The notes: generated by a model not told the origin, from the sequence alone. Counted from the stretch's first letter, positions 43,160 to 52,656 are shown. The stretch: 64,000 nucleotides of DNA from Sulfolobales archaeon (GCA_038867615.1 JAWBYA010000001.1:320001-384000); one strand, 5' to 3'. Numbers and translations: made by a program.

Positions 43160-43305
43160 CGTCTTAAACGCTGCTCTACCGCTGTTAGGCTTTATAATGC
43201 TGGGCCCGCGATCTTGTAGATCTTTTCTTACCAGCTGGGTTTTAGACCATAGCGCTAGCTTCACGGTCGTCATAATTATTTATAAGATGGTTTTATAACT
43301 AGCAT

Positions 43306-45228
43306 ATGGGATTCATGTTGAGAAGTTATAGAACAGAGAAAAAATATATGGGAGTAATCCTCCCAATAGTCTTTATAACAGTATCCCTCCTATGGGGGCT
43401 TGTACCCCTAGCTAGTGCCCAACAATCAGTGCCCATCGATGTCAAGGAGCCTCCTAAGCATAGCTGCCCAGCTGTGGGTGGGGTTCTTAAGGTAGCGATC
43501 GGGAGTAAGCCGAATACCCTTAACTGGTTTGTGGCTGGGTCTAGCTGGGAGATCCTGGTTCTAACGCCGATATATAATAGGCTTGTTAGGTTCTATAACG
43601 GTACGCTGGTTAAAGAGGTTGCCCAGAGTATTGAGATGAGCCCTGATGGGAAGGTATATACGATAAAGATAGTTAGCGGGATAAAGTTCCACGATGGTAA
43701 ACCCTTAACAGCTGAGGATGTCGCCTTCACCATAAATATGCTTAGGAACTCTTCGTGGGCCTACTACTATGGTGTGTTTAGAAACGTTGATAGGGCAGAG
43801 GCTGTTGACCCCACGACGGTTAGGGTTTATATGAAAGTGGTTGATGCAGGCTTTGTTGAGAATGCTCTAAGCGTTATGAACATAATGCCCAAGCATATAT
43901 GGGAGCCCAAGTTCAGGGAGCTGGGTGACGGTGTTGCCAAGTATAACCCCAGCCTTAGCGAGCTTGTTGGAAGCGGCCCGTTCATAGTAACCGAGTTCCA
44001 GCCGGATCAGTTCATCAGCTATAAGGCTAACACTAACTACTGGCAGGGGAGGCCGTGCATTGATCAGCTGGTTATGAGCTTTATAGGCGATGCCAGCGTA
44101 GCCCTACTAGCCCTTGAAAAGGGAGATATACAGACATACTCAGGCTTTATAACACCGGAAGTAGTGCCTAGGCTTCTCTCCAACCCAAGTATAGCTATCC
44201 ATGTATATACTAGTGACTTCTACTACCACTGGGGGCTTAATAATAAGAAATGGCCTTTCAACATAACGCTCTTTAGAAAAGCCCTAGCATATGCTGTTGA
44301 CTATGACGCGATCATAAACACCGTCCTCATGGGCTATGGAGTGCGGGGTAGCCCTGGCTTCGTACCCCCATTCGGTGTTCATGCTAAGTGGTATAACCCC
44401 AACCTGGAATACTATACATATAATCTATCAAAAGCAGCAGAGATCCTGGATCAGTTGGGCTTCAAAGATATAGATGGGGATGGATGGAGAGAGGCTCCAG
44501 ACGGCTCTAAGTTTAAATTCGAGATCTACCCGCCTAGCTATGATATAATAAGGGTTAGGGCTGCGGAGATAATAGCTGATAGCCTTGCAAAGATCCCGAA
44601 GGGAGGCATAAAGGCTGAGGTAAGGATCGTTGAGTGGGCAACAGCATGGGCCCTTATAAGGGGTGGGCAGGTAGATACATGGCTCCTGGGAAGCGGTCCT
44701 GGTTACGATATATCGTGGCTCCAGACCAGGTTCCACTCCAAAGGATCTGCTAACTGGAATAGGTACTCCAACCCGGAGGTGGATAAGCTTATAGACCAGC
44801 TGGTAGCGGAGCTGGATCCTAATAAGAGGAGGGAGCTTGCATGGAAGATCCAGGAGATATTGGCAGACGAGGTACCGGCTGTAAACCTCTATTACAGGAA
44901 ATTCGTAGCACCATATAGAGTAGACGCTTTCGAAGGCTGGGTTAGGGTGACTGACGATGATCTGAACAACTGGTGGAACTTCCTCAACATATATTCAAAG
45001 ACCGGAAAGCCTGTGGCCCCAACACCGCCTCCCACAACACCCCTTACGACCCAGGTGGTTACACAGACTGTAGTGGCTGAGAGAACCGTCACACAGGTTG
45101 CGACCCTTACTCAGATGCAGCAGGCTCCCTCGATAGATCCTATGATGATATTAATGGTAGCAATAGCAGGGGTCGTGGTGGTTGCAGTAATAACAGCCCT
45201 CCTCTTGATGAGGAAGAGGGCTAGTTAG
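43306..45228 (+). CDS. Peptide/oligopeptide ABC transporter substrate-binding protein
   Basis: KFHDGKPLTAEDV.FT, GSGPF, YSNPEVD; C-terminal Thr-rich linker plus TM anchor. Confidence 0.9.
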   Translation: MGFMLRSYRTEKKYMGVILPIVFITVSLLWGLVPLASAQQSVPIDVKEPPKHSCPAVGGVLKVAIGSKPNTLNWFVAGSSWEILVLTPIYNRLVRFYNGTLVKEVAQSIEMSPDGKVYTIKIVSGIKFHDGKPLTAEDVAFTINMLRNSSWAYYYGVFRNVDRAEAVDPTTVRVYMKVVDAGFVENALSVMNIMPKHIWEPKFRELGDGVAKYNPSLSELVGSGPFIVTEFQPDQFISYKANTNYWQGRPCIDQLVMSFIGDASVALLALEKGDIQTYSGFITPEVVPRLLSNPSIAIHVYTSDFYYHWGLNNKKWPFNITLFRKALAYAVDYDAIINTVLMGYGVRGSPGFVPPFGVHAKWYNPNLEYYTYNLSKAAEILDQLGFKDIDGDGWREAPDGSKFKFEIYPPSYDIIRVRAAEIIADSLAKIPKGGIKAEVRIVEWATAWALIRGGQVDTWLLGSGPGYDISWLQTRFHSKGSANWNRYSNPEVDKLIDQLVAELDPNKRRELAWKIQEILADEVPAVNLYYRKFVAPYRVDAFEGWVRVTDDDLNNWWNFLNIYSKTGKPVAPTPPPTTPLTTQVVTQTVVAERTVTQVATLTQMQQAPSIDPMMILMVAIAGVVVVAVITALLLMRKRAS

Positions 45229-46200
45229 ATGTCATTAGCAAGTTTTTTAGCTAAGAAGATCGTTTCCTCCGTACTCACGATCCTAGCTATCCTAACCCTG
45301 GTTTTTTTCCTAGTAAGATTAACCGGGGATCCTTTTGCAGAGCTTGAGAACGATCCCAGGATAACGCCTGAGACTCTACAAGCCCTCAGAAGACTCTATG
45401 GCATGGATAAGGGTGTGGTGGAGCAGTACATATCATATGTCCATAACATGCTGATCGGGGAGATGGGGTATTCCGTAAAGTTCTCCAAACCCGTTTTCGA
45501 TGCTATTATGGAGAGGCTTCCATACACACTAGCACTCCTAGTCCCCTCGATAACACTCTCTAACTATCTAGCCTACAAAATAGGGGTTGAGATGGGGTAT
45601 AGGAGGGGCTCTAGGCTTGATATAACCACGCTAGCCCTATCGAACTTCCTCAGGGCTACTCCCTATTTCTGGCTAGCCATAATATTTCTCTACGTATTCT
45701 CGGTACAGCTAGGGCTCTTCCCACTATATGGAGCTATAAGCCCCGGCCTCTCCTTCCCATCGTTCGAGTGGTTTGTAGACTATCTATGGCACTACGCGAT
45801 CCCGTTCCTCGTTCTCGTCGTTAGAGGGACTTTTATTTTTGTGCTCTATGTGAGGAACTCTGTGATAGATATACTTGGTGAGGACTATGTTGCTGTTGCG
45901 AGGGCTAAGGGGCTGCCTGAGAAGGCTGTTAAGAGCTCCTATGTTGCTAGAAACGCTATGCTTCCAATGATAACAGTTATGGGGCTTAGGTACGCTTTCA
46001 TAATAGATGGGGCTATCCTCACCGAAACAGTGTTCTCCTACCCGGGTACGGGGAGGCTGGTTTTCGAGGCGATTATTAATAGGGATTTCTGGCTTCTCCA
46101 GGGAGTGATGGTGATACTGTCTATAAGCGTTGTGCTTGCTAACTTGATAGTAGATCTGCTATACGCCTTACTAGATCCTAGGGTGAGGTCTCAGAGGTGA
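45229..46200 (+). CDS. Peptide ABC transporter permease (DppB-like)
   Basis: YVAVARAKG, ETVFSYPG.G, LDPRV. Confidence 0.92.
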   Translation: MSLASFLAKKIVSSVLTILAILTLVFFLVRLTGDPFAELENDPRITPETLQALRRLYGMDKGVVEQYISYVHNMLIGEMGYSVKFSKPVFDAIMERLPYTLALLVPSITLSNYLAYKIGVEMGYRRGSRLDITTLALSNFLRATPYFWLAIIFLYVFSVQLGLFPLYGAISPGLSFPSFEWFVDYLWHYAIPFLVLVVRGTFIFVLYVRNSVIDILGEDYVAVARAKGLPEKAVKSSYVARNAMLPMITVMGLRYAFIIDGAILTETVFSYPGTGRLVFEAIINRDFWLLQGVMVILSISVVLANLIVDLLYALLDPRVRSQR

Positions 46201-46207
46201 TCTTGGG

Positions 46208-47083
46208 ATGGCTGTGAGAGCTGTATTTGGTGTGAGAGAAACAATAGGGATCGTGTTCTCATCAGCATCGGCTAGAATAGGGCTAGCGATACTCCTAGTA
46301 TTAGTATTAATAGCCCTACTAGCAGACCTCATAGCCCCATACAACCCTGGGGAGAGGGTATCCCAGGCCCTGATGCCTCCGAACGAGAAGCATATCCTGG
46401 GTACAGATGATCTTGGGAGAGATATCTTCTCACAACTCATACACTCAACAAGGCTCTCACTATTAATAGGATTCATATCAGCCCTAGCCGCAACGCTCAT
46501 AGGAACAGTCATAGGGCTGCTTGCCGGCTACTATGGTGGGAAACTGGATGAGGTGTTGATGAGGATAACAGATCTATGGCTAGCCTTACCAAACCTCCTC
46601 TTCACAATACTGCTTGTAGTGCTCTTCGCCCCACAGGTTGGGAACAGGATCGTGCCTATAGTGGTTGCAATAGCCCTTGGGTCTTGGCCCACTGCTGCGA
46701 GACTTATAAGATCTGCTGTTATCTCACTCAAGCAGAGCCAGTATATAGAGAGTGCGAGAGCCCTTGGAGCTAGTAACGCTAGGATCATCTTTAAACATAT
46801 ACTTCCCAACACGTCGTCTCTGATAATAATAGAGGTGATAACCCTCATGGGTAACGCTATGCTAACAGAAGCATCGCTAAGCTTTCTAGGGCTCGGAGAT
46901 CCTAGGGCTATGAGTTGGGGAATGATGCTCCACTACGCCTTGGCAAGGAACGCTATATATCTAGGGATGTGGTGGTGGTTTATACCTCCAGGGCTCATGA
47001 TAAGCTTAGCAGTATTGGCAGTGATCCTTATTGGCGTAGGGCTTGAGGAGTACTTCAACCCGAGGCTCAGGAGAAGGCTGTGA
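46208..47083 (+). CDS. Peptide ABC transporter permease (DppC-like)
   Basis: LGTDDLGRD, YIESARALGA, SFLGLG, WWW..PPG. Confidence 0.92.
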   Translation: MAVRAVFGVRETIGIVFSSASARIGLAILLVLVLIALLADLIAPYNPGERVSQALMPPNEKHILGTDDLGRDIFSQLIHSTRLSLLIGFISALAATLIGTVIGLLAGYYGGKLDEVLMRITDLWLALPNLLFTILLVVLFAPQVGNRIVPIVVAIALGSWPTAARLIRSAVISLKQSQYIESARALGASNARIIFKHILPNTSSLIIIEVITLMGNAMLTEASLSFLGLGDPRAMSWGMMLHYALARNAIYLGMWWWFIPPGLMISLAVLAVILIGVGLEEYFNPRLRRRL

Positions 47084-47239
47084 ATCGCGATACCGAGTAT
47101 TAAAAAACAGTTCTTTTTTAACTTTCCTCCCCTCTATAAGTGTTAGTCTAACTGACCGCTTGATCTATTCAGCGTGTTTTGGCCGGTTAGTGTAGAAGAT
47201 CTGGCGTTGCTAAGACCCAGCAGATCTTCTGGAGCGGTT

Positions 47240-48241
47240 TTATATGGATATAAAGTGCTCATAACCTATCCTAGGAATGGTTCTCCCACTATATCTAAGC
47301 CCAACGCCCTGTTCTTTGGTTATCTCTCCATAGATCTCTGCTATGATTCCTATTCCTCTCATCTCTTCTACCAGGTTATCGGCACACTGATCTTCGACTG
47401 CTAGGACTAACTCGTATTCCTCTCCCCCATTGAATACTATATCTAACGGATCTGCTCCCATCTCCTTTGAGATCTCCTCGGCGCGGGGGTCTATGGGTAT
47501 TCTGTGGATCTCTATTACTCGGCCTGAGGCTTCTGATAATAGGTAGAGCGATTCTGCAAGGCTGTCGGAGACATCTACGGATCCTCTTATGCATCCTCTA
47601 TATTTCTCTAAAACTTTGAGGGCATCGATCCTAGCCTTGGGTCTTGAGGTTGCGTTCCTAACCTCTATGGGGATATCCTCGACTCCTACGGATCCTTTTA
47701 AGAGGTTCTCATAATATATCCTGGCAAGCCCGCTATAGCCATATAGACCTGTTATGATTATTCTATCCCCCTCGCTACCTGCTCTCGGGATTGGTTCTTT
47801 CGATGTGTATCCTATGCAGGCAACATCGATCCATAGATCCTCTTTCGAGGAGTTCGTATCGCCTCCAGCGAAGAAGCCTCTGTAGTGTGTGAGGGCTTCT
47901 TTAAAGCCTAGGATGACATCGAAGGCTTCTTCGGCGTTGAGGCTAGGAGGGGCTCCTATGGAGATCATGTATATATATGGAAACCCACCCTTAGCTATAA
48001 CATCGCTAGCACACGATGTTGCCGCTTTCCATCCTAGATCGCTGTATGTGTTCCAGGGATATTTAGAGCTATATGCTGAGAACCCATCTATCTTGAAGAT
48101 CACGTAGGATCCGCCTAGGGGTTGCGAGGCTGCGTCATCCCCGGGTGCTAGGGGGCCTGGTATCCAGAGGTTTGAGAGGATCTCTAGGGATCTAGCTATA
48201 AAGCCCTTCTCGCCCAGCTCGGAGAGCCTCTTACGATCCAT
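47240..48241 (-). CDS. thiL: Thiamine-monophosphate kinase
   Basis: LSELGE, GDDAA, SDVIAKGG, GGDT, DVSD, GGEEYEL. Confidence 0.9.
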   Translation of the reverse strand: MDRKRLSELGEKGFIARSLEILSNLWIPGPLAPGDDAASQPLGGSYVIFKIDGFSAYSSKYPWNTYSDLGWKAATSCASDVIAKGGFPYIYMISIGAPPSLNAEEAFDVILGFKEALTHYRGFFAGGDTNSSKEDLWIDVACIGYTSKEPIPRAGSEGDRIIITGLYGYSGLARIYYENLLKGSVGVEDIPIEVRNATSRPKARIDALKVLEKYRGCIRGSVDVSDSLAESLYLLSEASGRVIEIHRIPIDPRAEEISKEMGADPLDIVFNGGEEYELVLAVEDQCADNLVEEMRGIGIIAEIYGEITKEQGVGLRYSGRTIPRIGYEHFISI

Positions 48242-48289
48242 ATTAGCCCGGGATATATTATGCTTAGAGGCATATTTTGGTGAAGCTCT

Positions 48290-48844
48290 ATGAACGCCGT
48301 TGAGACCATAATCCTCATAGCCCTAGCCCTCGGGATCTGGTACCCGCTGGGATCCTGGGCTGGTAGGAGGCTTATGAGGAGAAAGGCATCAACATGTATA
48401 GAGAGAGGATCTCTAAGGATCATAACACCAAGCTCTGTTCTCGTCGAGCACAAGATCCCTGGGTATAAATATATAGGGATCTATATAGAATGGCTACCAT
48501 TCGAAAACCCATTCAACCTAGCAGCAAAACTCGCTGTGAGGAGGAGCCCGATAGCGGTGATAAAGATCCAGCCTGAAGAACCTATCCCGGGAGAGGCGAG
48601 CATAACGAAAAGCGAGATCCAGGGTAGCGCGGGAGAGCTGGTAGGAGGGTATAGAGTAATATATAGAGGGATATCGAAGCAGAGGCTTAAAAACATAGTA
48701 GAAGCCCTACAGAGAACAGGCTTTGACAAACTAGTAATAGGATCAAAACCCAACATAACAATAATAACCAGGATAAGGGGTCAGGAGTGCATCAACCTCC
48801 TAGAAAACTCACTGAAACTAGTCAAAGAGATCTCAAGAGAATAG
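48290..48844 (+). CDS. Hypothetical membrane-anchored protein
   Basis: N-terminal TM helix, 184-aa ORF with host-like codon style. Confidence 0.6.
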   Translation: MNAVETIILIALALGIWYPLGSWAGRRLMRRKASTCIERGSLRIITPSSVLVEHKIPGYKYIGIYIEWLPFENPFNLAAKLAVRRSPIAVIKIQPEEPIPGEASITKSEIQGSAGELVGGYRVIYRGISKQRLKNIVEALQRTGFDKLVIGSKPNITIITRIRGQECINLLENSLKLVKEISRE

Positions 48845-49068
48845 TATAGACTAGCAACCCAAAGACTATATAGCGCGGAGACCTCTACCTTTCAGCCCCA
48901 CCGGTCGAAGCACTCGAGACAAGATCTAGATAAACCCAGCCCAACATGTTCACACGTTTTAGCGTAGACTTTCGTTATTCCGATCCTCTTCTCCCATATA
49001 GTTTCAAAGTCAGGTAATGCCCAGAGGGTATGGATGGTTGTTGTGTTCCTCTCTATTGTGGTGCTCTC

Positions 49069-49902
49069 TCAAGACCTATGTTTAGCTATATATGAGATCA
49101 GATCTTCACGCCTTAGCCTATATCGCCAAGCTGGTCTAGCTATTGGCATTACGTAGAGCGGGTGTTCATTATCCCCCGCTCCTATTAGTTTTCTAAGCTC
49201 GTCATCGTAGAAGGCCCCTATAGCTACTGTAGCCAGTCCTAGGGATGTTGCTTGTAGATATACGTTCTGGCCAGCATGTCCAACCTCGATCCAGACATAC
49301 CTAACCCCTCTCTCACCATACCTATTAGTGGTTCTCTCATACACTGCTGTGAATACCAAAACAGCCTTTGCCTTCAAAACCCATTCCTGGTTAACACATA
49401 CTCTATAGAGCTCGCTACTCAGATCCCCTGCCCTGACTAGTCTAAGCCTGTGGGAGTGGGGCTCATATATATAGGAGCCCTCGGCCAGGGCCTTGCCTTC
49501 AGGTATAATTACTCCCCCGGGATAGATCACGGCATAGATGTTTAGAGGGTATGTAGCACCAGCGCTTGGCGTTGTTTTAAATCCATATATAGTCTCGCTC
49601 ACACCATAGGATGCCCAGAGGATTTGGGAGAGCTCGTCTAGTGTTAACGGCTCGTCTAGATACTCCCTGATACTCCTTCTATTAGCTAGTGCGCTCTCAA
49701 CACTGACCCCTCCATCTAGCATGGGGGCTGGGAGATCTATATAGCCCTTGCCAACAGCATAGATCTCTTTATCCCTTACTGCTTGCCCAGGTTTGCTGGG
49801 ACCGCGGGCGATATAGATCAGTATCGAGGGTATTGTGAGTGCTGTAGCAACCGCTGTGGCGAGGGATGATAGGAAAAGTCTTCTGGAGATCATGCTCTCC
49901 AT
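49069..49902 (-). CDS. SagB/ThcOx-type nitroreductase with twin-arginine signal
   Basis: SRRLFL, RRSIREY, PSAGATYP, EVGHAGQNVYL, IGAF. Confidence 0.88.
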   Translation of the reverse strand: MESMISRRLFLSSLATAVATALTIPSILIYIARGPSKPGQAVRDKEIYAVGKGYIDLPAPMLDGGVSVESALANRRSIREYLDEPLTLDELSQILWASYGVSETIYGFKTTPSAGATYPLNIYAVIYPGGVIIPEGKALAEGSYIYEPHSHRLRLVRAGDLSSELYRVCVNQEWVLKAKAVLVFTAVYERTTNRYGERGVRYVWIEVGHAGQNVYLQATSLGLATVAIGAFYDDELRKLIGAGDNEHPLYVMPIARPAWRYRLRREDLISYIAKHRS

Positions 49903-49941
49903 CTATAAATCCCCTGGAGGCTTAAATCACGGGAAACCTCC

Positions 49942-50295
49942 ATGATAGGTATCTCGATCCTCATCATGATAGTGTCGGGAGTCTTACTAGCACCCCTAGC
50001 ACTTCTAGCCGTGCTATCCGGCTACTGTATGAAATCCGAGAGGATTACAGGTATTCTTACAGCAGGAATCCTGGGTGAGTATCATTTGTGCTCAAAGCTC
50101 CACGCAGAGATAATCCCCGAGCTCTTAGCCATAGTAGGTACGATCCACGCTCTAGCCGTGGCTGAATCCCTATATGCGAAATACAATAGATCGAGCAGGA
50201 TTCTCAAAGCCCTCTTACTGGCATATAGATCTGCATCCTGGATCTCAGCATGGATCGCATTATCCCTAGCTACAATATATATAGTTCTATACTAG
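49942..50295 (+). CDS. Small membrane protein
   Basis: Three hydrophobic segments, His residues (KLH, IHAL). Confidence 0.55.
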   Translation: MIGISILIMIVSGVLLAPLALLAVLSGYCMKSERITGILTAGILGEYHLCSKLHAEIIPELLAIVGTIHALAVAESLYAKYNRSSRILKALLLAYRSASWISAWIALSLATIYIVLY

Positions 50296-50430
50296 ATCCA
50301 GCAAACACTCCTAGCAATATGTAGCCTAAGACTCAAAAGTAATGCTTAGCAGATCTTGACATTAAGGCTCGCTAAGTATGGCTTTAAATAAACTCATATG
50401 GGATCTTGAACATATATATAGGGGGTTTAG

Positions 50431-50835
50431 CTGTCCTACGATCGGTATCGAGACTGGCTTGACGAGGCTATAGATGATCTAGAGGCTGCTAGGGAGATGC
50501 AGAGGCTGGGTAGATATAGCAAAGCTTGCTTCTTCTCCCACCAGGCTGCTGAGAAGGCTCTCAAAGCCCTAATGATCAAGAAGCTTGGCATATACGATCC
50601 GATCCACAGTGTTGCAGAGCTTCTGAGAAGACTCTCAAGATCGATCGAGGTTGAAGGAGGACTTATTGAGAAAGGAGAGCTTCTAGACAGGTTCTATATC
50701 CCTACTAGATATCCAAACGCATGGCCATGGGGAGCACCTCACAAACACTACACCAGGGAAGACGCTGAGAAAGCTCTCCTATACGCTGATGAGGTGCTGG
50801 GGTTTGTTAAGAGAGAGATTGAGAGAAATCCTTAA
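50431..50835 (+). CDS. HEPN domain protein
   Basis: DWLDEAIDDLEAA, HQAAEKALKA, HSV..L, YIPTRYP; the reading frame opens at CTG 50431 directly after an in-frame TAG. Confidence 0.88.
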   Translation: MSYDRYRDWLDEAIDDLEAAREMQRLGRYSKACFFSHQAAEKALKALMIKKLGIYDPIHSVAELLRRLSRSIEVEGGLIEKGELLDRFYIPTRYPNAWPWGAPHKHYTREDAEKALLYADEVLGFVKREIERNP

Positions 50836-51172
50836 CAAGCCTAACACACAGGATCTCACGGATCTTCTGGAAGAGCTGATCTCAGAGCTAATAAGGAGGT
50901 TCGATCCCGTTGCAGTCATAGTAGCAGGCTCGCTAGCTAGATCCAGATTTGTCAGAGGATTAAGCGATATAGATCTCTTAGTAATCACACAGCACGAGCC
51001 CCCTAAGCACGAGAGATTCCTTCTAAGAGCAGTTAAAGACGTTAACGTAGAGATCACGGTATATTCTGTAGATGAGGTAAGGCTAGCAATCAAACGGAGC
51101 AACCAATTCATAATCGATGCTATTAAAAACGGGATCAAGGTATATGATCGCGGTTTAGAATTAAACCCATAG
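50819..51172 (+). CDS. Minimal nucleotidyltransferase (MNT), partner of the HEPN protein
   Basis: GSLAR...SDIDLLV. Confidence 0.88.
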   Translation: MREILNKPNTQDLTDLLEELISELIRRFDPVAVIVAGSLARSRFVRGLSDIDLLVITQHEPPKHERFLLRAVKDVNVEITVYSVDEVRLAIKRSNQFIIDAIKNGIKVYDRGLELNP

Positions 51173-51351
51173 CGTGATACGAGTGCTACAAACATTCTTC
51201 GTATTCTTCGTTTGAAACATCGAGCTATAGGCTAGAAGAGGTTGTGAGAACCATTTCCTCAAAATCGTACTCCTCTCATTAAGGTGACGCGTATAGATCT
51301 GCTTATTTATTAACTCGATCCTTAAATTTATATAAGAGGTATAAGAATGCT

Positions 51352-51690
51352 ATGAAGCTGCCTGAGGCATTGGCTATAGCTTCTATCACTACAGCAATTA
51401 TCTCTGCTTTGATCGTAATCGGCTTAATCAGAGAAAAAAGAAGAAGCAGGGTTCTCGGGCCTGAGATGATGATCATATATAGGGTGGATGGACACCTAGT
51501 AGATGTAACAGAAGAGGTAAGGGAATACCTACCAAAGGAGCTTATCGAGAAACTTCAACAAAAAGCGCTAGAAGTAATTAAAATAAAGTATAAAAAATAC
51601 GAAGTTAGGCTAAGAATCGTAATCGCTTTAATAGCTGCAACAATCTTTATAATACAATTAATTATTTTATTAACGCTATTTGATCCCTGA
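51352..51690 (+). CDS. Hypothetical protein with N- and C-terminal TM helices
   Basis: 112-aa AT-rich ORF with upstream TATA-like TTAAATTTATA. Confidence 0.55.
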   Translation: MKLPEALAIASITTAIISALIVIGLIREKRRSRVLGPEMMIIYRVDGHLVDVTEEVREYLPKELIEKLQQKALEVIKIKYKKYEVRLRIVIALIAATIFIIQLIILLTLFDP

Positions 51691-51757
51691 TAGATCGTCT
51701 AAAATATAATCGGCCATACTAAGGGTAACGGTATAAAAATTATTTGTTAGCTCTATT

Positions 51758-51940
51758 CTAGTGTGAATATCTCGCCCACAATCTGAGCGCAACAGCGATA
51801 ATAAGGAGTGAGAATAATAAGACATCGAACATGTTTTCGACTATCAAGGCTACCAATATGCTAGCTGTTCCGAGAACCATGGTCACGATATCTACATGAT
51901 GCTCTTTTAATGATTTTACCAGCTCTTTTACTCGATTCAT
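51758..51940 (-). CDS. Small two-helix membrane protein, putative immunity paralog (unit B3)
   Basis: MVLGTASILVALIVE...SLLIIAV aligns with the adjacent paralogs. Confidence 0.65.
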   Translation of the reverse strand: MNRVKELVKSLKEHHVDIVTMVLGTASILVALIVENMFDVLLFSLLIIAVALRLWARYSH

Positions 51941-51960
51941 TGCTCAAAGATCGCCTCTGT

Positions 51961-52020
51961 TCAGCTTATTGATGTAAACCTCTCCTTTAATAATATAATT
52001 ACGCTGACGATAATAAAGCT
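51961..52020 (-). pseudogene. 3' remnant of a unit-A immunity-like gene (A3)
   Basis: Translates SFIIVSVIILLKERFTSIS* versus SLFIIAGVLILLEEKFTLAS in 52031-52411; no start codon. Confidence 0.6.
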
Positions 52021-52030
52021 GTTTTCATTT

Positions 52031-52411
52031 TCACCAACCTGGTGTGAATATCTTATGCAATAACGCAATTACACCAGCGATAATAAAGAGCGAGTACCAC
52101 AAAGCCCCGGTTACGTCTCCTTCAACTATTAAATTTACCAATACGCCAGCGGTTCCAAGAACCATAGGCAAGATCACTCTAACATCTCTTAATGGTTTTA
52201 TCAATATTGCTCGGTTCATTCGCTTGAAGATCACCCCTATTCGGCTTGCTAGTGTAAACTTCTCTTCTAATAATATGAGTACGCCGGCGATGATAAAAAG
52301 CGAGCCCACCAGAGTCCTGGTCATGTCTCCTTTAAGTAATTTTTCCAATACACCGACAGTCCCAATAACTAAGAGCGGGATTGCTATGAGCTTTCTATCT
52401 AACTTTATCAT
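52031..52411 (-). CDS. Fused A2-B2 membrane protein, putative immunity protein
   Basis: Two internal copies of the GTxGxL...G..T.xL..SLFIIAGV repeat; internal SD and ATG at 52219. Confidence 0.75.
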   Translation of the reverse strand: MIKLDRKLIAIPLLVIGTVGVLEKLLKGDMTRTLVGSLFIIAGVLILLEEKFTLASRIGVIFKRMNRAILIKPLRDVRVILPMVLGTAGVLVNLIVEGDVTGALWYSLFIIAGVIALLHKIFTPGW

Positions 52412-52475
52412 ATGGAAATCACCCCATCGGGCAGTCGATCCTCTATTAGATTCATTGCTTGAGGATCACCCTTGT

Positions 52476-52649
52476 TTAGCCTGTTGATGCGAGCCTCTCC
52501 CCTAATAATACAAGCACACCGGCAATAATAAAGAGCGAGTACCATAAAGCTCCACTTATATTTCCTTCAAGTATTAATTTTCCCAATATGCCGGCAGTCC
52601 CAATAACGAAGAACGGGATCGCCCTGAGCTTTTTATTTAACTTTATCAT
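52476..52649 (-). CDS. 57-aa two-helix membrane protein, putative cognate immunity protein (unit A1)
   Basis: MIKLNKKLRAIPFFVIGTAGILGKLILEGNISGALWYSLFIIAGV; its SD overlaps the stop codon of the upstream gene. Confidence 0.75.
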   Translation of the reverse strand: MIKLNKKLRAIPFFVIGTAGILGKLILEGNISGALWYSLFIIAGVLVLLGERLASTG

Positions 52650-52656
52650 TTGAAGA

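Noticed and set aside
49069-49902. SagB protein as the maturase of a thiazole/oxazole RiPP made from the Cys-rich peptide
   Set aside because: No YcaO or E1-like cyclodehydratase nearby; stand-alone SagB-like nitroreductases are common in archaea; the Cys spacing suggests disulfides.
52044-52487. 147-aa plus-strand ORF, and the many other antisense ORFs in the track
   Set aside because: Shadows of well-supported genes on the opposite strand, with no recognisable motifs.
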